Part shown: positions 46,257-56,210 of the stretch, piece by piece
Layout of the letters: each line of letters begins with the position of its first letter
How positions within the stretch are numbered: position 1 is the stretch's first letter
NCBI GenBank assembly: GCA_964563715.1
Contig: CAZLXA010000001.1
Location: forward strand, 33,613 to 97,612
Reading direction: 5' to 3'
DNA length: 64,000 nt
From: an uncultured Candidatus Saccharibacteria bacterium
GTDB lineage: Bacteria > Patescibacteriota > Minisyncoccia > Phycocordibacterales > UBA9973
Notes under the pieces: generated by a model
The model's database searches: none
The model's input: only the letters and a program-made list of their open reading frames with translations
Told to the model about the DNA's origin: nothing
Position numbers and translations under genes: made by a program

Positions 46257-46607
46257 TTATGATTTTGAAGTTTTTTGAATTGCTCCAATTATTCTTAATA
46301 TTTCTTCACAATCAAATATAAGTGTATCAGATTGTTGCTTGTTTAGAAAACCACTATCTGTTAAAAGGTGTAGCCAGTAAAGAGTCTCCCTTGCTTCTTT
46401 ATAAGAAATACTTATTTTTGAGATAAAATCATTTTTTGATTGTGCCCCAATTGCTTCTTCTATGTTTGCACCAATTGATGTTCCAGAACGAATTAATTGC
46501 TTTGAAAGAATGAATTCTTTTTTGTCTTTAGTTAGTTCCTGATATATTGTTATAATTTTAAGACTAAAATTATAACTTTTTTCCTTAATGATATTATCTG
46601 ATTTCAT
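46257..46607 (-). CDS. Four-helix-bundle protein (23S rRNA intervening-sequence protein / Avd-like family)
   Basis: E..LSKQLIRSGTSIGANIEEA..AQS..DF..K..IS.KEARET.YWL.LL signature. Confidence 0.92.
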   Translation of the reverse strand: MKSDNIIKEKSYNFSLKIITIYQELTKDKKEFILSKQLIRSGTSIGANIEEAIGAQSKNDFISKISISYKEARETLYWLHLLTDSGFLNKQQSDTLIFDCEEILRIIGAIQKTSKS

Positions 46608-46637
46608 TCGTAATTCGTAATTATTAATTCGTAATTA
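46605..46637 (-). repeat. Heptamer array running into the four-helix-bundle start codon
   Basis: On the - strand TAATTACGAATTAATAATTACGAATTACGAATG. Confidence 0.85.
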
Positions 46638-46638
46638 C

Positions 46639-47334
46639 CTAAAACTCCTCTCGATAAGGGTCAATTTTTGGTTTACTATGATCTGTGACAGAGTGTCCGC
46701 TTGAAGTTGAAGCTTTCATTTTATCTTCAAAAACATTTTTGGGAATGTATTTTAATTCCTCATCTTGTTTAATAGGAGCTAGCTCTTGTTTTGGTATCTC
46801 ATTCGTAATTCCTAATTCTTCATTCCTAATTATCTTTCCTTGTTCCTCATTCTTAATTCTTAATTCGTCATTCGTAATTGTCCTCGCGTATGGTGGCAAT
46901 GGCACTTCGTCATCCTTGATGATGAATTCTTTATTGTTTGTTGTAGGTGATTCATTGTCTGTAGCTGGAATACCAATTTCTGTATTACTGCTGTTTAAAA
47001 ATTCAACATTTAATTCAAAAGTATTAACAAGATCATCTTTAATATCTTTTAAAATAGTAACATCTAGATCATCTAATATTTTATTAAATGTTTCTTCATT
47101 AAGTTTTAAATCTTTTTTAAGGGTTAAAACATAATCTTCTAGATGGATAATACTAAGTAGGACTAGTGTTGTTTCTGTTGCTAGGGTTTCGGTTTGCTCT
47201 TCATTAAGAGAATATTTAGTAGAAATATTTTTTAATATATCAATCCATTGCATAGAGTAAAAAACAACCTGAGCTTCTTTAGGTAGCCTCTGAAAATATT
47301 TTGATATATTTTGTTTTAATAATTCTTTCTCCAT
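46639..47334 (-). CDS. Hypothetical protein ending DPYRE, with an in-frame heptamer-derived segment
   Basis: 231-aa ORF; ITNDELRIKNEE...IRNEELGITNE is encoded by degenerate heptamers at ~46800-46880. Confidence 0.75.
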   Translation of the reverse strand: MEKELLKQNISKYFQRLPKEAQVVFYSMQWIDILKNISTKYSLNEEQTETLATETTLVLLSIIHLEDYVLTLKKDLKLNEETFNKILDDLDVTILKDIKDDLVNTFELNVEFLNSSNTEIGIPATDNESPTTNNKEFIIKDDEVPLPPYARTITNDELRIKNEEQGKIIRNEELGITNEIPKQELAPIKQDEELKYIPKNVFEDKMKASTSSGHSVTDHSKPKIDPYREEF

Positions 47335-47353
47335 TTATTTTTTTACTTTATTT

Positions 47354-50300
47354 TTAATGATGAACACCATCGTTCCCGTGTCCTACTTTTTTTGTATCTC
47401 CACCACTATGCGATTCTGGGAGTTCAATTTTCATATCTTTTACTGCATCCTTAAATGTACTTTTTAGATCTGTTAAGAAATCACCTTCTATTTTTACAGT
47501 ACCGTGACTCAATCCTGAGCTTTTAAGTATTCCACCTCGCACACCAGTGGCAACTGCTGCAATTAAACCAACTGGTATTTTTGTAAATACACTCGCTCTT
47601 TTGTCTACAGAAGCTTCTGAAAGTTTTCTTAGATCCCATGTTCCTGTATTTGCTTTTGAAAATACTCGAGTAAAAGCATTAATACCAGCTGAAGCTTTAT
47701 TGATTTCATCATCAAATTTATCAATTGCTTTTGATTTAGCAAGATCTTTTACTTCTTTCTTTTGTTCCAAGCTTAAATCTTTAAGTTTACCTGTATTTGA
47801 GTCTACTACATTTAGTTTTGGATCAACTGCAAGGTTTCTAGGATCATTTCTATAGGCTCTCTCCGCATCATCTAAGTGTTTTGAGTAGTTTTCTTTTCCA
47901 ACATTATCCTGAACAATTTTTTGTTGTTCCCCCGAAAGCTCACTCCACTTAAAGCCCTTAAATCCAGCTTTTTCAATATCTGCATCTGTGTGAGCTCTAC
48001 TTCTGTCTACTTCATTTGTTTTATTTTGTGCAACATTTAGTTTGGAACCCAGTGCAGTAAATGGATTAAGTGTGGTAGATTTTATACCTGCCCCAGCTGC
48101 ATAATTTTTCCAGTCAGGTTTAGCCCCAGATCTTTGGTTTGGAGGAGTTGAATTCCATTTTTCTAAATCTTTGTTAAATTGAATTTTTGTATTACTACGT
48201 TTTGTTGCCCCGTCTGTTTTGGATAGTGCAGATAACCCTCCACCTATTACTTTTCTTCCAATCAATGCTCCACCTAATGCTGCACCCCCAAGGGCTATAC
48301 CACCAGCTGCGGCGAGTCCATTTGTAATTGATTGGCCCATTTTTCCAGACATATCTTTTGCTATATCTTTGGCTTTCATTAAGAGAACCATGATAAATAT
48401 AAATGGAACGATAACAGAAATAACAAAAGTCATACCATCATTAACATCATTTGCTTTTACCAAACTTAATCCTTTTTCTAGGAAAGCAATAATTAAATAC
48501 ATAAAGAATATAAATATTGGAGCCAAAAATGCCAGTTTGAGGGTTTCTGGCCACCATTTTTTCCAACCAACCATTTCCATGTCTTGTAAAGATGGAACCG
48601 TGTAACTAAAAAAGACAAAAGGCGAGAAGATCATAGCAAACCATAAACCTATAACTCTAGTAACAAATATCAATCCCACAGATAAAAATACGATTATTCC
48701 AACAATATTTACAGCTGTTGCAAGTAAAGTAATTAGGATAAATGCACCAACGCCTAAGCTCCCTTGTGTATCTTCTGCTGTACTTGTTTGATTTGTGACT
48801 TTATCTTTTATTACAACTGCTTTTGTCCCATTAATAATAAGATTTTGAGGATTTACTTTATTAACAATAGCAGCCGAAAGGGGGATCTCTCCATTTGGTC
48901 CAATTTTTAGGCCGGCTGTCCCAGCGGTACTATTCTGGGTAATTTTTATTGAATCTGAGTTATAAAAAACACGGGCTAAGATATTTGAAGCATCAATAAT
49001 TACTTGGGTGGTAAATAAACTAAAATTAATAAGGAGCCCAATGATAATTACATTGATAATCATTTCTTTAGTTTTAACACTATGAAGATTTAAAATAGTT
49101 CCGAAGGCAATATAAAGTAGTATGAAAATAAAGAACATATTACAAAAATCTCGAACAATACCCCAGCCTTCTACCACGAAAGGAGTCCGATATGATTCAT
49201 CTTGCACAGAGTAATGAAAAGTAAAATCAAGAAAAGTTCCAGCCAGGGCAAATACATAGGATGTTGGAACAAAAAAGACATAATAAAACATTTGAGCCAT
49301 ACAACCAGCAAAAGAGCCATCGATTGGATGAGCAAAAACACACAAAGGAAGTTGGTCAGAACCAGTTGGTGTCCCTGCAGTAGTTTGCATTGTCGTTTTT
49401 GAAAGACAATCACTTACTACTATTCCAGAACCACTTGATTCTTCGTTTTGAGCCCTTGCATCTCTAACATTTTTACACGAGTCTTCGGTTGGAAAATTTG
49501 CAGAATGTTCTACTGAACCATTTGTGTTTGTTAGATCAAAATAATAAACCGTTGTTGTTGAAGAAGAACCCGCGGTTTGATCTGTTCCAGTTGCTGTTCC
49601 TAGGCTCCATGATGTTTCATCACAATCTCCTCCTAACCCTTTACACTTAAAAATAAAATGATCTGATTCATCTGTTTTATTAGAGGTGTAGTGAGTAATT
49701 ATTTGTCCAGTTGAACTTGTTCTGATATAGAAATCAACAATGATATCACAATCTCCTCCAGAACAAGATGTTTCACCAGTAGTTAAAGCAAAAGATAAAT
49801 TATCTGAATTTATTGTGCTACGAGGAATTGATAAAACTGTTGTATTGGTTGTTCCACTGGCTTGGATATTTAGTTCAGAAAGTAATTGCCCTTGACATCC
49901 AGTGGTGTTTATATATAGAGTTGCATTGTCTGGTCTTATTGGTTTGGTTGATGTGGGGGGGGTGAATAAAACATTTGTTATTTTACAGTCAGTCTGAGCT
50001 GGAAGTTCAGTTCCGGTAGTACTTTTTAAAAGCCATGGGTCTGTACACCCAGTAGTCTTACATTCATAAGCCAAAGATTCATCAGATTGAGATGTGGTTA
50101 AAATACTAGTGCCTGCGTCATTTAAAATTTCAAGTTTAATTCTTATTTGATTACAATCACCACGCTCACAGGTTTTTTCACCAGTATGAAAAGTAAATGA
50201 AAAATTATCTTCTGCTATTCTTTGGACTGGAAGCTCTGGAGAACCAAAAGCTACAGATGGCCCAGGAAAAGCTAAGATATTAACTCTAGCTAACTTTCCA

Positions 50301-50515
50301 ACACAACCAGTTGTTCCGACACTGTAGATAACTTCTTCTGGTTTTGGGGTATTGGTTGAATCTGGAAGAGGCTTAGGGCTAGTAAAAGATTCAGTTAAAA
50401 TTACACAATTCGCTGCTTCAGCTTTTTCAATTTTCGAACCATCATTAACACTAAAAGGCGCAAACAGTTGCACAATGATTGTCAGTATTAATATGTATGG
50501 CAAAAATTTTTTCAT
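47354..50515 (-). CDS. VirB6/TrbL-like polytopic membrane protein with a large Cys-rich extracellular N-terminus
   Basis: GW.IVRD..NMFFIF.L..I, LLINFSLF....ID.SN, multiple TM helices, Gly/Ala-rich tail. Confidence 0.78.
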   Translation of the reverse strand: MKKFLPYILILTIIVQLFAPFSVNDGSKIEKAEAANCVILTESFTSPKPLPDSTNTPKPEEVIYSVGTTGCVGKLARVNILAFPGPSVAFGSPELPVQRIAEDNFSFTFHTGEKTCERGDCNQIRIKLEILNDAGTSILTTSQSDESLAYECKTTGCTDPWLLKSTTGTELPAQTDCKITNVLFTPPTSTKPIRPDNATLYINTTGCQGQLLSELNIQASGTTNTTVLSIPRSTINSDNLSFALTTGETSCSGGDCDIIVDFYIRTSSTGQIITHYTSNKTDESDHFIFKCKGLGGDCDETSWSLGTATGTDQTAGSSSTTTVYYFDLTNTNGSVEHSANFPTEDSCKNVRDARAQNEESSGSGIVVSDCLSKTTMQTTAGTPTGSDQLPLCVFAHPIDGSFAGCMAQMFYYVFFVPTSYVFALAGTFLDFTFHYSVQDESYRTPFVVEGWGIVRDFCNMFFIFILLYIAFGTILNLHSVKTKEMIINVIIIGLLINFSLFTTQVIIDASNILARVFYNSDSIKITQNSTAGTAGLKIGPNGEIPLSAAIVNKVNPQNLIINGTKAVVIKDKVTNQTSTAEDTQGSLGVGAFILITLLATAVNIVGIIVFLSVGLIFVTRVIGLWFAMIFSPFVFFSYTVPSLQDMEMVGWKKWWPETLKLAFLAPIFIFFMYLIIAFLEKGLSLVKANDVNDGMTFVISVIVPFIFIMVLLMKAKDIAKDMSGKMGQSITNGLAAAGGIALGGAALGGALIGRKVIGGGLSALSKTDGATKRSNTKIQFNKDLEKWNSTPPNQRSGAKPDWKNYAAGAGIKSTTLNPFTALGSKLNVAQNKTNEVDRSRAHTDADIEKAGFKGFKWSELSGEQQKIVQDNVGKENYSKHLDDAERAYRNDPRNLAVDPKLNVVDSNTGKLKDLSLEQKKEVKDLAKSKAIDKFDDEINKASAGINAFTRVFSKANTGTWDLRKLSEASVDKRASVFTKIPVGLIAAVATGVRGGILKSSGLSHGTVKIEGDFLTDLKSTFKDAVKDMKIELPESHSGGDTKKVGHGNDGVHH

Positions 50516-50539
50516 CCTAATTTATTTTTCTCTCCACCC

Positions 50540-50572
50540 AATTCGTAATTTGTAATTATTAATTCGTAATTA
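50540..50572 (-). repeat. Heptamer array after the stop of 50580-52907
   Basis: On the - strand TAATTACGAATTAATAATTACAAATTACGAATT. Confidence 0.8.
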
Positions 50573-50579
50573 CTCTCAC

Positions 50580-52907
50580 TTACCACAACTCCAATACCCT
50601 CTCTACTCCATCTAAGTATACTCCCTCTTTCCATTTACAACCTGCCCTTAGGGCAGCTTTAACCTTATCACTTCCTGCTCCACCAGAGGAGTAACCATAA
50701 AGATTACTGTTAATGGCAGCACACTTAAATGGTCTATCATTTAAAGAGTCACAGTCATCTCCTTCTTTTCCCCACACTGTTACCCCTTCTGGTCTTGCAG
50801 TAAAAGCATCTGTTACGAGTTTTCCACCGTATAAATACCCGGAAATATACTTACAGCCTTCACCCCCCCAATGATCTTCACCATTTATTGTCACTGTTCC
50901 AACCCCTCCTTCTAGAAGATTGTAATTTAAATATGGATTTTCGTTTCCAAAAGGAACGGAGCCAACTACTGCGGGTCTATACCATGGATTTCCATTTTGA
51001 ACCCAACCTCCATCCCCTCCTTTTGCTTTTACCTCTGCAACTTCTTTGTAGCAAGTATTAATTAATCCATCGGTTTGTGCAATAAAATTTTTATATTGGT
51101 CGATTTCACTATAGACAGTAATGATGTCTTCTTCCGTTTTAAGAGTGGAAGATATCAAATAAAACTTACGAAGAAGTTCAGCGAGTTTTGCTTTTTCTGT
51201 GTCTGTGAAAACAAGAGGGTTTTGTTCAATTAATAAACATTTATTTTCTGGTATCTCAATTTCTATTGGTGGCTCGGGAATCGTAGTATCATCATCTGGA
51301 ATAATAATTTCATCATCGCCAGGCGGAGGAAGTGAACCAGAAACAGTTAGGGTTGTCCAGCCACTACAATTATTTTCTTCATTTGATTCTTCGACTGTCC
51401 CGACATCAGAAATAGATTTTTTATCTGCACAAGCTCTAATTTTATAAACACCGGCTGAAGAGAAAGTATATGAGACAGATGTAACATTACTTTTCTGAGC
51501 AGTTAGAGTTGGAACAACAGCAGTTATTTCAACCCCGTTTGTGGTATTAATATCTCCAGTTAAAGCGACAGCTTTTTTGATTAAAGATATTTTATTAAGA
51601 ATTTTAACAAATATGTTTTTAATATTTAATTTTGAAACAGTTGTATTATCGCCATCTTCAACATCAATATTACTATCTTTAATAATTTGGAAAAAACTGA
51701 CGAAATTAAATCCAGTTGAACCATCCCCAATGTTTGTAATAATTGTTGTTAAGTTTACTGGGACATTTATTGACGCTGTTGTTGGTGTGACACTACTTGC
51801 AGTTAAATCAGGAGTTCCATCTTCTTCATTTCCACCCGCACCCAGTTTTTCCGAATAATGTTCTGGGTCATAGGAAAGAGGATTCGTCGCATCACCATCG
51901 GTATGACACTCTGGGTCAGAAGTATCTATTAAACCGTCATTATCATTATCAAGAGTGTCACTACATTGGCGAGTGTTGCCTCCCTCGCCTGGGAATACTG
52001 CTTCAGAATAGTGGTTTGGAACATAATCTTTATTTAAATCTCCATCAATGTGACATCCTGAATCTGAAGCATCTATCAATCCATCATTATCATTATCTAG
52101 TGTATCTTCACATTGTCTTTTATAATCTCCTCCCCCAGGAAATGTTGTTTCTGAATAATGTTCAGGGTCGTATGAGTCTGGATTGGTAGGGTCACCATCA
52201 GTATGACACTCTGGGTCAGAAGTATCTGTTAAACCATCATTATCATTATCAAGAGTGTCACTACATTGTCTTTTATAATCTCCTCCTCCCCCAGGAAATG
52301 TTGTTTCTGAATAATGTTCAGGGTCGTATGAGTCTGGATTGGTAGGGTCACCATCAGTATGACACTCTGGGTCAGAGGTATCTATTAAACCGTCATTATC
52401 ATTATCAAGAGTGTCACTACATTGGCGAGTGAAATCACCATTTCCACCATTTCCACCTCCATTATTACCATTCGTACCAAAGACACCGCCTATTAAATTA
52501 AAGAAAGAATTCCAAAAAGTATTTGCTCCATTATTATTTGTAATTATTTCTCCTAGTTCTCCGCCTCCCATATCATTTCCAGCAAAGCCAAAAATTTCAT
52601 CCCCTTGTTTTGACTTAACGACGATTGGATTATTGTCGGCATTTGTTCCAAACCTTGTAACATTGTCGCCTTTTTCTAAGTCTTCCCCTGCTTGAGCAAG
52701 TGTTCGGACAGAGTTTTCATCAATTTTACTAATATTTTTTTCATTTTCTGAAGTAATTAATGGGGCAAAAATTCTAGCAATACTATTTGAAGTTTTTACT
52801 CCAAACATGTCGCGATTTTTGAATAATAAATAACTAACAACCACTAGGAAAATAATAACAATGATTGTTATGATGAGGGCTTTACTTTTTCGCGGTTTAT
52901 TTTCCAT
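50580..52907 (-). CDS. Membrane-anchored surface protein with four Asp-rich CxDxxDNDNDG repeats and a CARDB-like domain
   Basis: QCSDTLDNDNDGLIDTSDPECH x4; PDL...N.G...RACAD...V.ESNEENNC. Confidence 0.8.
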   Translation of the reverse strand: MENKPRKSKALIITIIVIIFLVVVSYLLFKNRDMFGVKTSNSIARIFAPLITSENEKNISKIDENSVRTLAQAGEDLEKGDNVTRFGTNADNNPIVVKSKQGDEIFGFAGNDMGGGELGEIITNNNGANTFWNSFFNLIGGVFGTNGNNGGGNGGNGDFTRQCSDTLDNDNDGLIDTSDPECHTDGDPTNPDSYDPEHYSETTFPGGGGDYKRQCSDTLDNDNDGLTDTSDPECHTDGDPTNPDSYDPEHYSETTFPGGGDYKRQCEDTLDNDNDGLIDASDSGCHIDGDLNKDYVPNHYSEAVFPGEGGNTRQCSDTLDNDNDGLIDTSDPECHTDGDATNPLSYDPEHYSEKLGAGGNEEDGTPDLTASSVTPTTASINVPVNLTTIITNIGDGSTGFNFVSFFQIIKDSNIDVEDGDNTTVSKLNIKNIFVKILNKISLIKKAVALTGDINTTNGVEITAVVPTLTAQKSNVTSVSYTFSSAGVYKIRACADKKSISDVGTVEESNEENNCSGWTTLTVSGSLPPPGDDEIIIPDDDTTIPEPPIEIEIPENKCLLIEQNPLVFTDTEKAKLAELLRKFYLISSTLKTEEDIITVYSEIDQYKNFIAQTDGLINTCYKEVAEVKAKGGDGGWVQNGNPWYRPAVVGSVPFGNENPYLNYNLLEGGVGTVTINGEDHWGGEGCKYISGYLYGGKLVTDAFTARPEGVTVWGKEGDDCDSLNDRPFKCAAINSNLYGYSSGGAGSDKVKAALRAGCKWKEGVYLDGVERVLELW

Positions 52908-52919
52908 GATAATTTTTTA

Positions 52920-55900
52920 TTAATTAGTTATTGTTTTTTCGAGCACCCAAGTACAGTCGTAGATTAGATATGGATCAGGGGATGGATCTGTTCCATTATT
53001 TGGTTGGTAATGTGAATATTGAGAACAGGCTGTTTTTCTTTGTGATTCTGTTGCTCCGGCTAGTTTAGCTGTATTGTCTTGCTCTTTACAACTTTTAATC
53101 GAAGAGCCGTATATAACTTTTGATGTTTGGTAATTAGGATTTGATTCACAGTGAGCCTCGATAATGGTTGTCTTCTGACAATCAGGATCTTTGCGGTCGA
53201 TTAAGCCATCTAAATCATCATCAAGATTATTATTACATCTCTCACCAACTGAGTCATTCATTATATCTGATTCATCATAATATAGAATATCTTCTTCTTC
53301 TAAACACTCCGCATATTCTGTTTTATATTCGGCCTCGGTCATAATATCTTTTTCACAAGCAATTCGTTTGGCTAAACAGTATTCCCCTAAATCATCTTGA
53401 TTTACTTCAGATGAGACATTGATTCTATTCATACAATCATCACTTTCTGCCAAACATTTTCTTTTTGTTTCTTCTTCTAATATTTTAACTAAATTTGCAT
53501 CACGACGGTCCTGTGCCGTTTTGATAATGATACTAACTTGTTTTTTAATTGCTTCTAATTTACCAATATTGGCTTTAGCTTGTGAAATATCACTACGATA
53601 TTGATTCATAACCGCTGTAATATCTTCATCGTATGCTACGATATCTCTTGTTAAGCTTAAACCTTCTTCTGCCATCGGAATATATGATGAATTTAGAGTT
53701 CTAGTTGTTGAGTCTTCTGTTTCATTATATTCTCTAGTCATATTAGAAAAATATGTAGTATTCATCATTTTATCAAATACTTCATAGAAATTATTAAACA
53801 TGTAATTATTAACCATGTATAAATAATTATCAACCCAAGTTTGAATTTTACCCTCCTCGTTATTATTATGAATTTCATTTCCAGTATTTAAACCTAGGGG
53901 CCAACCATAATAAAGATGTGGTTTATTTTTGTCATCTTCTTGGCCTTTTGCCAGCCAGCTCCAAACCTTTGGATTGTCTTTAAATATATTTTTCCAGGCC
54001 TCATATTCTTTATCTCCAGGTCTGGAAATTGTGAATTTAGTACTATCTCTTTCTAAAAACCCACCCTGGTTGTATGTTCCCACCATTGTTCCAACCCAAT
54101 CAGTATATAGACTTTCGTTATCTCCAACATTTGATTTGTAATTTGGATTTGGTCCTGGAATACAGTAATCAAGTTCTCCGAGTTTTGGCATGACATTGGG
54201 TAAAAATTGTAATGATTCTGTGGCCGCGACAATATAATCTTTTTGGACTTGAATTACTCCTCTTTTCTTTATAGGATTTGCTTGGTCTTTTTTCCAGTTT
54301 TGCCATTCACTGCCATTCCAAAAAGCTCGATCACCCAAAGCCCAGCCATTGTAACCATTTAATATTATTTTTGTTTTACCTGGATTTGCGACAGTGTAAT
54401 AAACATTTGAAGTTTGATTTACATTATTATCTAAATCTGACCCATTGTTTTGGCTGCTATAATTTACAGGAGCCAAATCAGGATATAAACTTTGATTTGT
54501 ATTTGTTAAATTGATATTTTCATTAGCATTCCAAGTTCCTAATTTTACAGGATTATCATATATATATGTATTACCAAGATCTCGAGTTAAATCAAAACCA
54601 CTTGAATATGCTCCATTATTATTATAAACACTTGATCCACCAAGACTGCCGTTTGTTGAATTGGTCCAATCCATGTTTTGTTCGTCATATATGTATTGTT
54701 CTGAAGACAAACCAGAAAGACCATTACTTTGAAGCTTTGAAAGTAAAATTGAAAAAACAGCGTTTAGGGACTCATTTATTGTGTCAGCTAATTCAAGCTG
54801 GCGCACCGGAGAGGTGATGTAAGCACTCATTTGATCTTTAATTAAACTTCCAGGAGTAACGATTTCCTTATCAACACAAACATCAAAACCCGAATCTGTT
54901 TTGTTTTTCTGATAAACATTATATTGTAAAACAGTAATTGCGTCTTGGCCTGGCATTTCTCCTAAATCTGGATCAATATATGGTTCACTATATATCTGTA
55001 CAACACCAGGTAGTTTCCCCATTCTATCTGGTGTACCTGCGGCTAATTCACTATATGGTACATCATTTGTTTTAGCAACACCGTTTTTATCAAATATTTG
55101 ATACATTGTACATCTTTTTTGACTCAAAAAACCATTATTTTGCAAAACCTCGGCTTTGGTGTTGGTTGTTTGACTGTTAATATCGTCAGCTAAATATTGA
55201 CTTGCTCTCATTGTAAAACCAAGAGGGTTATTTTGGTCTCTTTGTGTGAAGGCCAACCAGCCATCCCAACCCCCGGTTGAAAAATCATTTGAAAATGCAA
55301 TGTTTGCATCTTGGGCTCTCTGCATAGTGGTTCTTTCATCGTTGACGGTGTAATATGAATTTGGGTCTGTTATAAAAAATGATAAATCAGAAGTTAAATT
55401 ATTCAAGGCATTCGTTCCACTATTAAAAAGTCCTCCAGAGCGGTAGCCCCTGATGACTGATTGAGAGAAGGCTGTTCCATATGGATATGCACTATTTTGA
55501 TTGGTTAATTGATCGATGCCCGTTTCAAGGACATTTCTTTCTATACCGGTAGTTAGTGAGGTAATATTTTGGACATAGAGTGGATTACCACTAAAACCGG
55601 TATTAATCCAGCTTACAGCACTGCGTGTAAGGGCGGTCAGTTGATTTTTAGCAAGTGTTGTTGCTATGCCATTAAAACACCCTTCTAAATTATCTTTTGC
55701 TTGAGTTGCAGCCATTTCTTGAGTTTTGAGCCTTAGAGCTTCCCCGTCTTTGGTTTCTGTGATTTCCTTACAGTCAATCCCTTTATCTACACCAGTAGTT
55801 CCATCGTTGATTTCTGGGGTCACACCAGCAGCGGTAATAATAATTTTTTCACCCGCTACACACTGTTTTTTAGCCTGGTCTAGTATTACTTGTAATGCTT

Positions 55901-56177
55901 TGTTGGTTATTTTCTTTTTCCCAATTCTGTCCATCAAAACTGAAACTCTATTAACAACCCCTGTACAACCAACAACTTGCATCGCAACATCGGAATTAAC
56001 TACATCAGTAATTTTAAATTTGTATTTATCGTAAGTTTTACCACTTTTATTTGGTTTTTCCCAATCAATTTGGCTAGCGGCATTGACCGTTGTTGGTAAA
56101 ATAATTTGTAGAAAAGAAAAAACAAAGGTAAAAATTATAACCCCGCTAATTATTTTTGTTATAATTTGTTTTTTCAT
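52920..56177 (-). CDS. Large secreted/membrane protein of the T4SS-like cluster
   Basis: Signal peptide, WIN.GF.GNP, F..GGW..W, NNP.G and GFLS motifs; one CNNNLDDDLDGLID repeat. Confidence 0.75.
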   Translation of the reverse strand: MKKQIITKIISGVIIFTFVFSFLQIILPTTVNAASQIDWEKPNKSGKTYDKYKFKITDVVNSDVAMQVVGCTGVVNRVSVLMDRIGKKKITNKALQVILDQAKKQCVAGEKIIITAAGVTPEINDGTTGVDKGIDCKEITETKDGEALRLKTQEMAATQAKDNLEGCFNGIATTLAKNQLTALTRSAVSWINTGFSGNPLYVQNITSLTTGIERNVLETGIDQLTNQNSAYPYGTAFSQSVIRGYRSGGLFNSGTNALNNLTSDLSFFITDPNSYYTVNDERTTMQRAQDANIAFSNDFSTGGWDGWLAFTQRDQNNPLGFTMRASQYLADDINSQTTNTKAEVLQNNGFLSQKRCTMYQIFDKNGVAKTNDVPYSELAAGTPDRMGKLPGVVQIYSEPYIDPDLGEMPGQDAITVLQYNVYQKNKTDSGFDVCVDKEIVTPGSLIKDQMSAYITSPVRQLELADTINESLNAVFSILLSKLQSNGLSGLSSEQYIYDEQNMDWTNSTNGSLGGSSVYNNNGAYSSGFDLTRDLGNTYIYDNPVKLGTWNANENINLTNTNQSLYPDLAPVNYSSQNNGSDLDNNVNQTSNVYYTVANPGKTKIILNGYNGWALGDRAFWNGSEWQNWKKDQANPIKKRGVIQVQKDYIVAATESLQFLPNVMPKLGELDYCIPGPNPNYKSNVGDNESLYTDWVGTMVGTYNQGGFLERDSTKFTISRPGDKEYEAWKNIFKDNPKVWSWLAKGQEDDKNKPHLYYGWPLGLNTGNEIHNNNEEGKIQTWVDNYLYMVNNYMFNNFYEVFDKMMNTTYFSNMTREYNETEDSTTRTLNSSYIPMAEEGLSLTRDIVAYDEDITAVMNQYRSDISQAKANIGKLEAIKKQVSIIIKTAQDRRDANLVKILEEETKRKCLAESDDCMNRINVSSEVNQDDLGEYCLAKRIACEKDIMTEAEYKTEYAECLEEEDILYYDESDIMNDSVGERCNNNLDDDLDGLIDRKDPDCQKTTIIEAHCESNPNYQTSKVIYGSSIKSCKEQDNTAKLAGATESQRKTACSQYSHYQPNNGTDPSPDPYLIYDCTWVLEKTITN

Positions 56178-56210
56178 AATTTAGCTATTTTAATTATATC
56201 ACTTTTATGT

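Noticed and set aside
46257-46607. Diversity-generating retroelement (Avd-like gene)
   Set aside because: No reverse transcriptase and no TR/VR pair with adenine-specific mismatches seen in the window
29021-50572. Heptamer arrays or IR elements as a CRISPR array
   Set aside because: No repeat-spacer periodicity, copies are dispersed, and no cas genes are present
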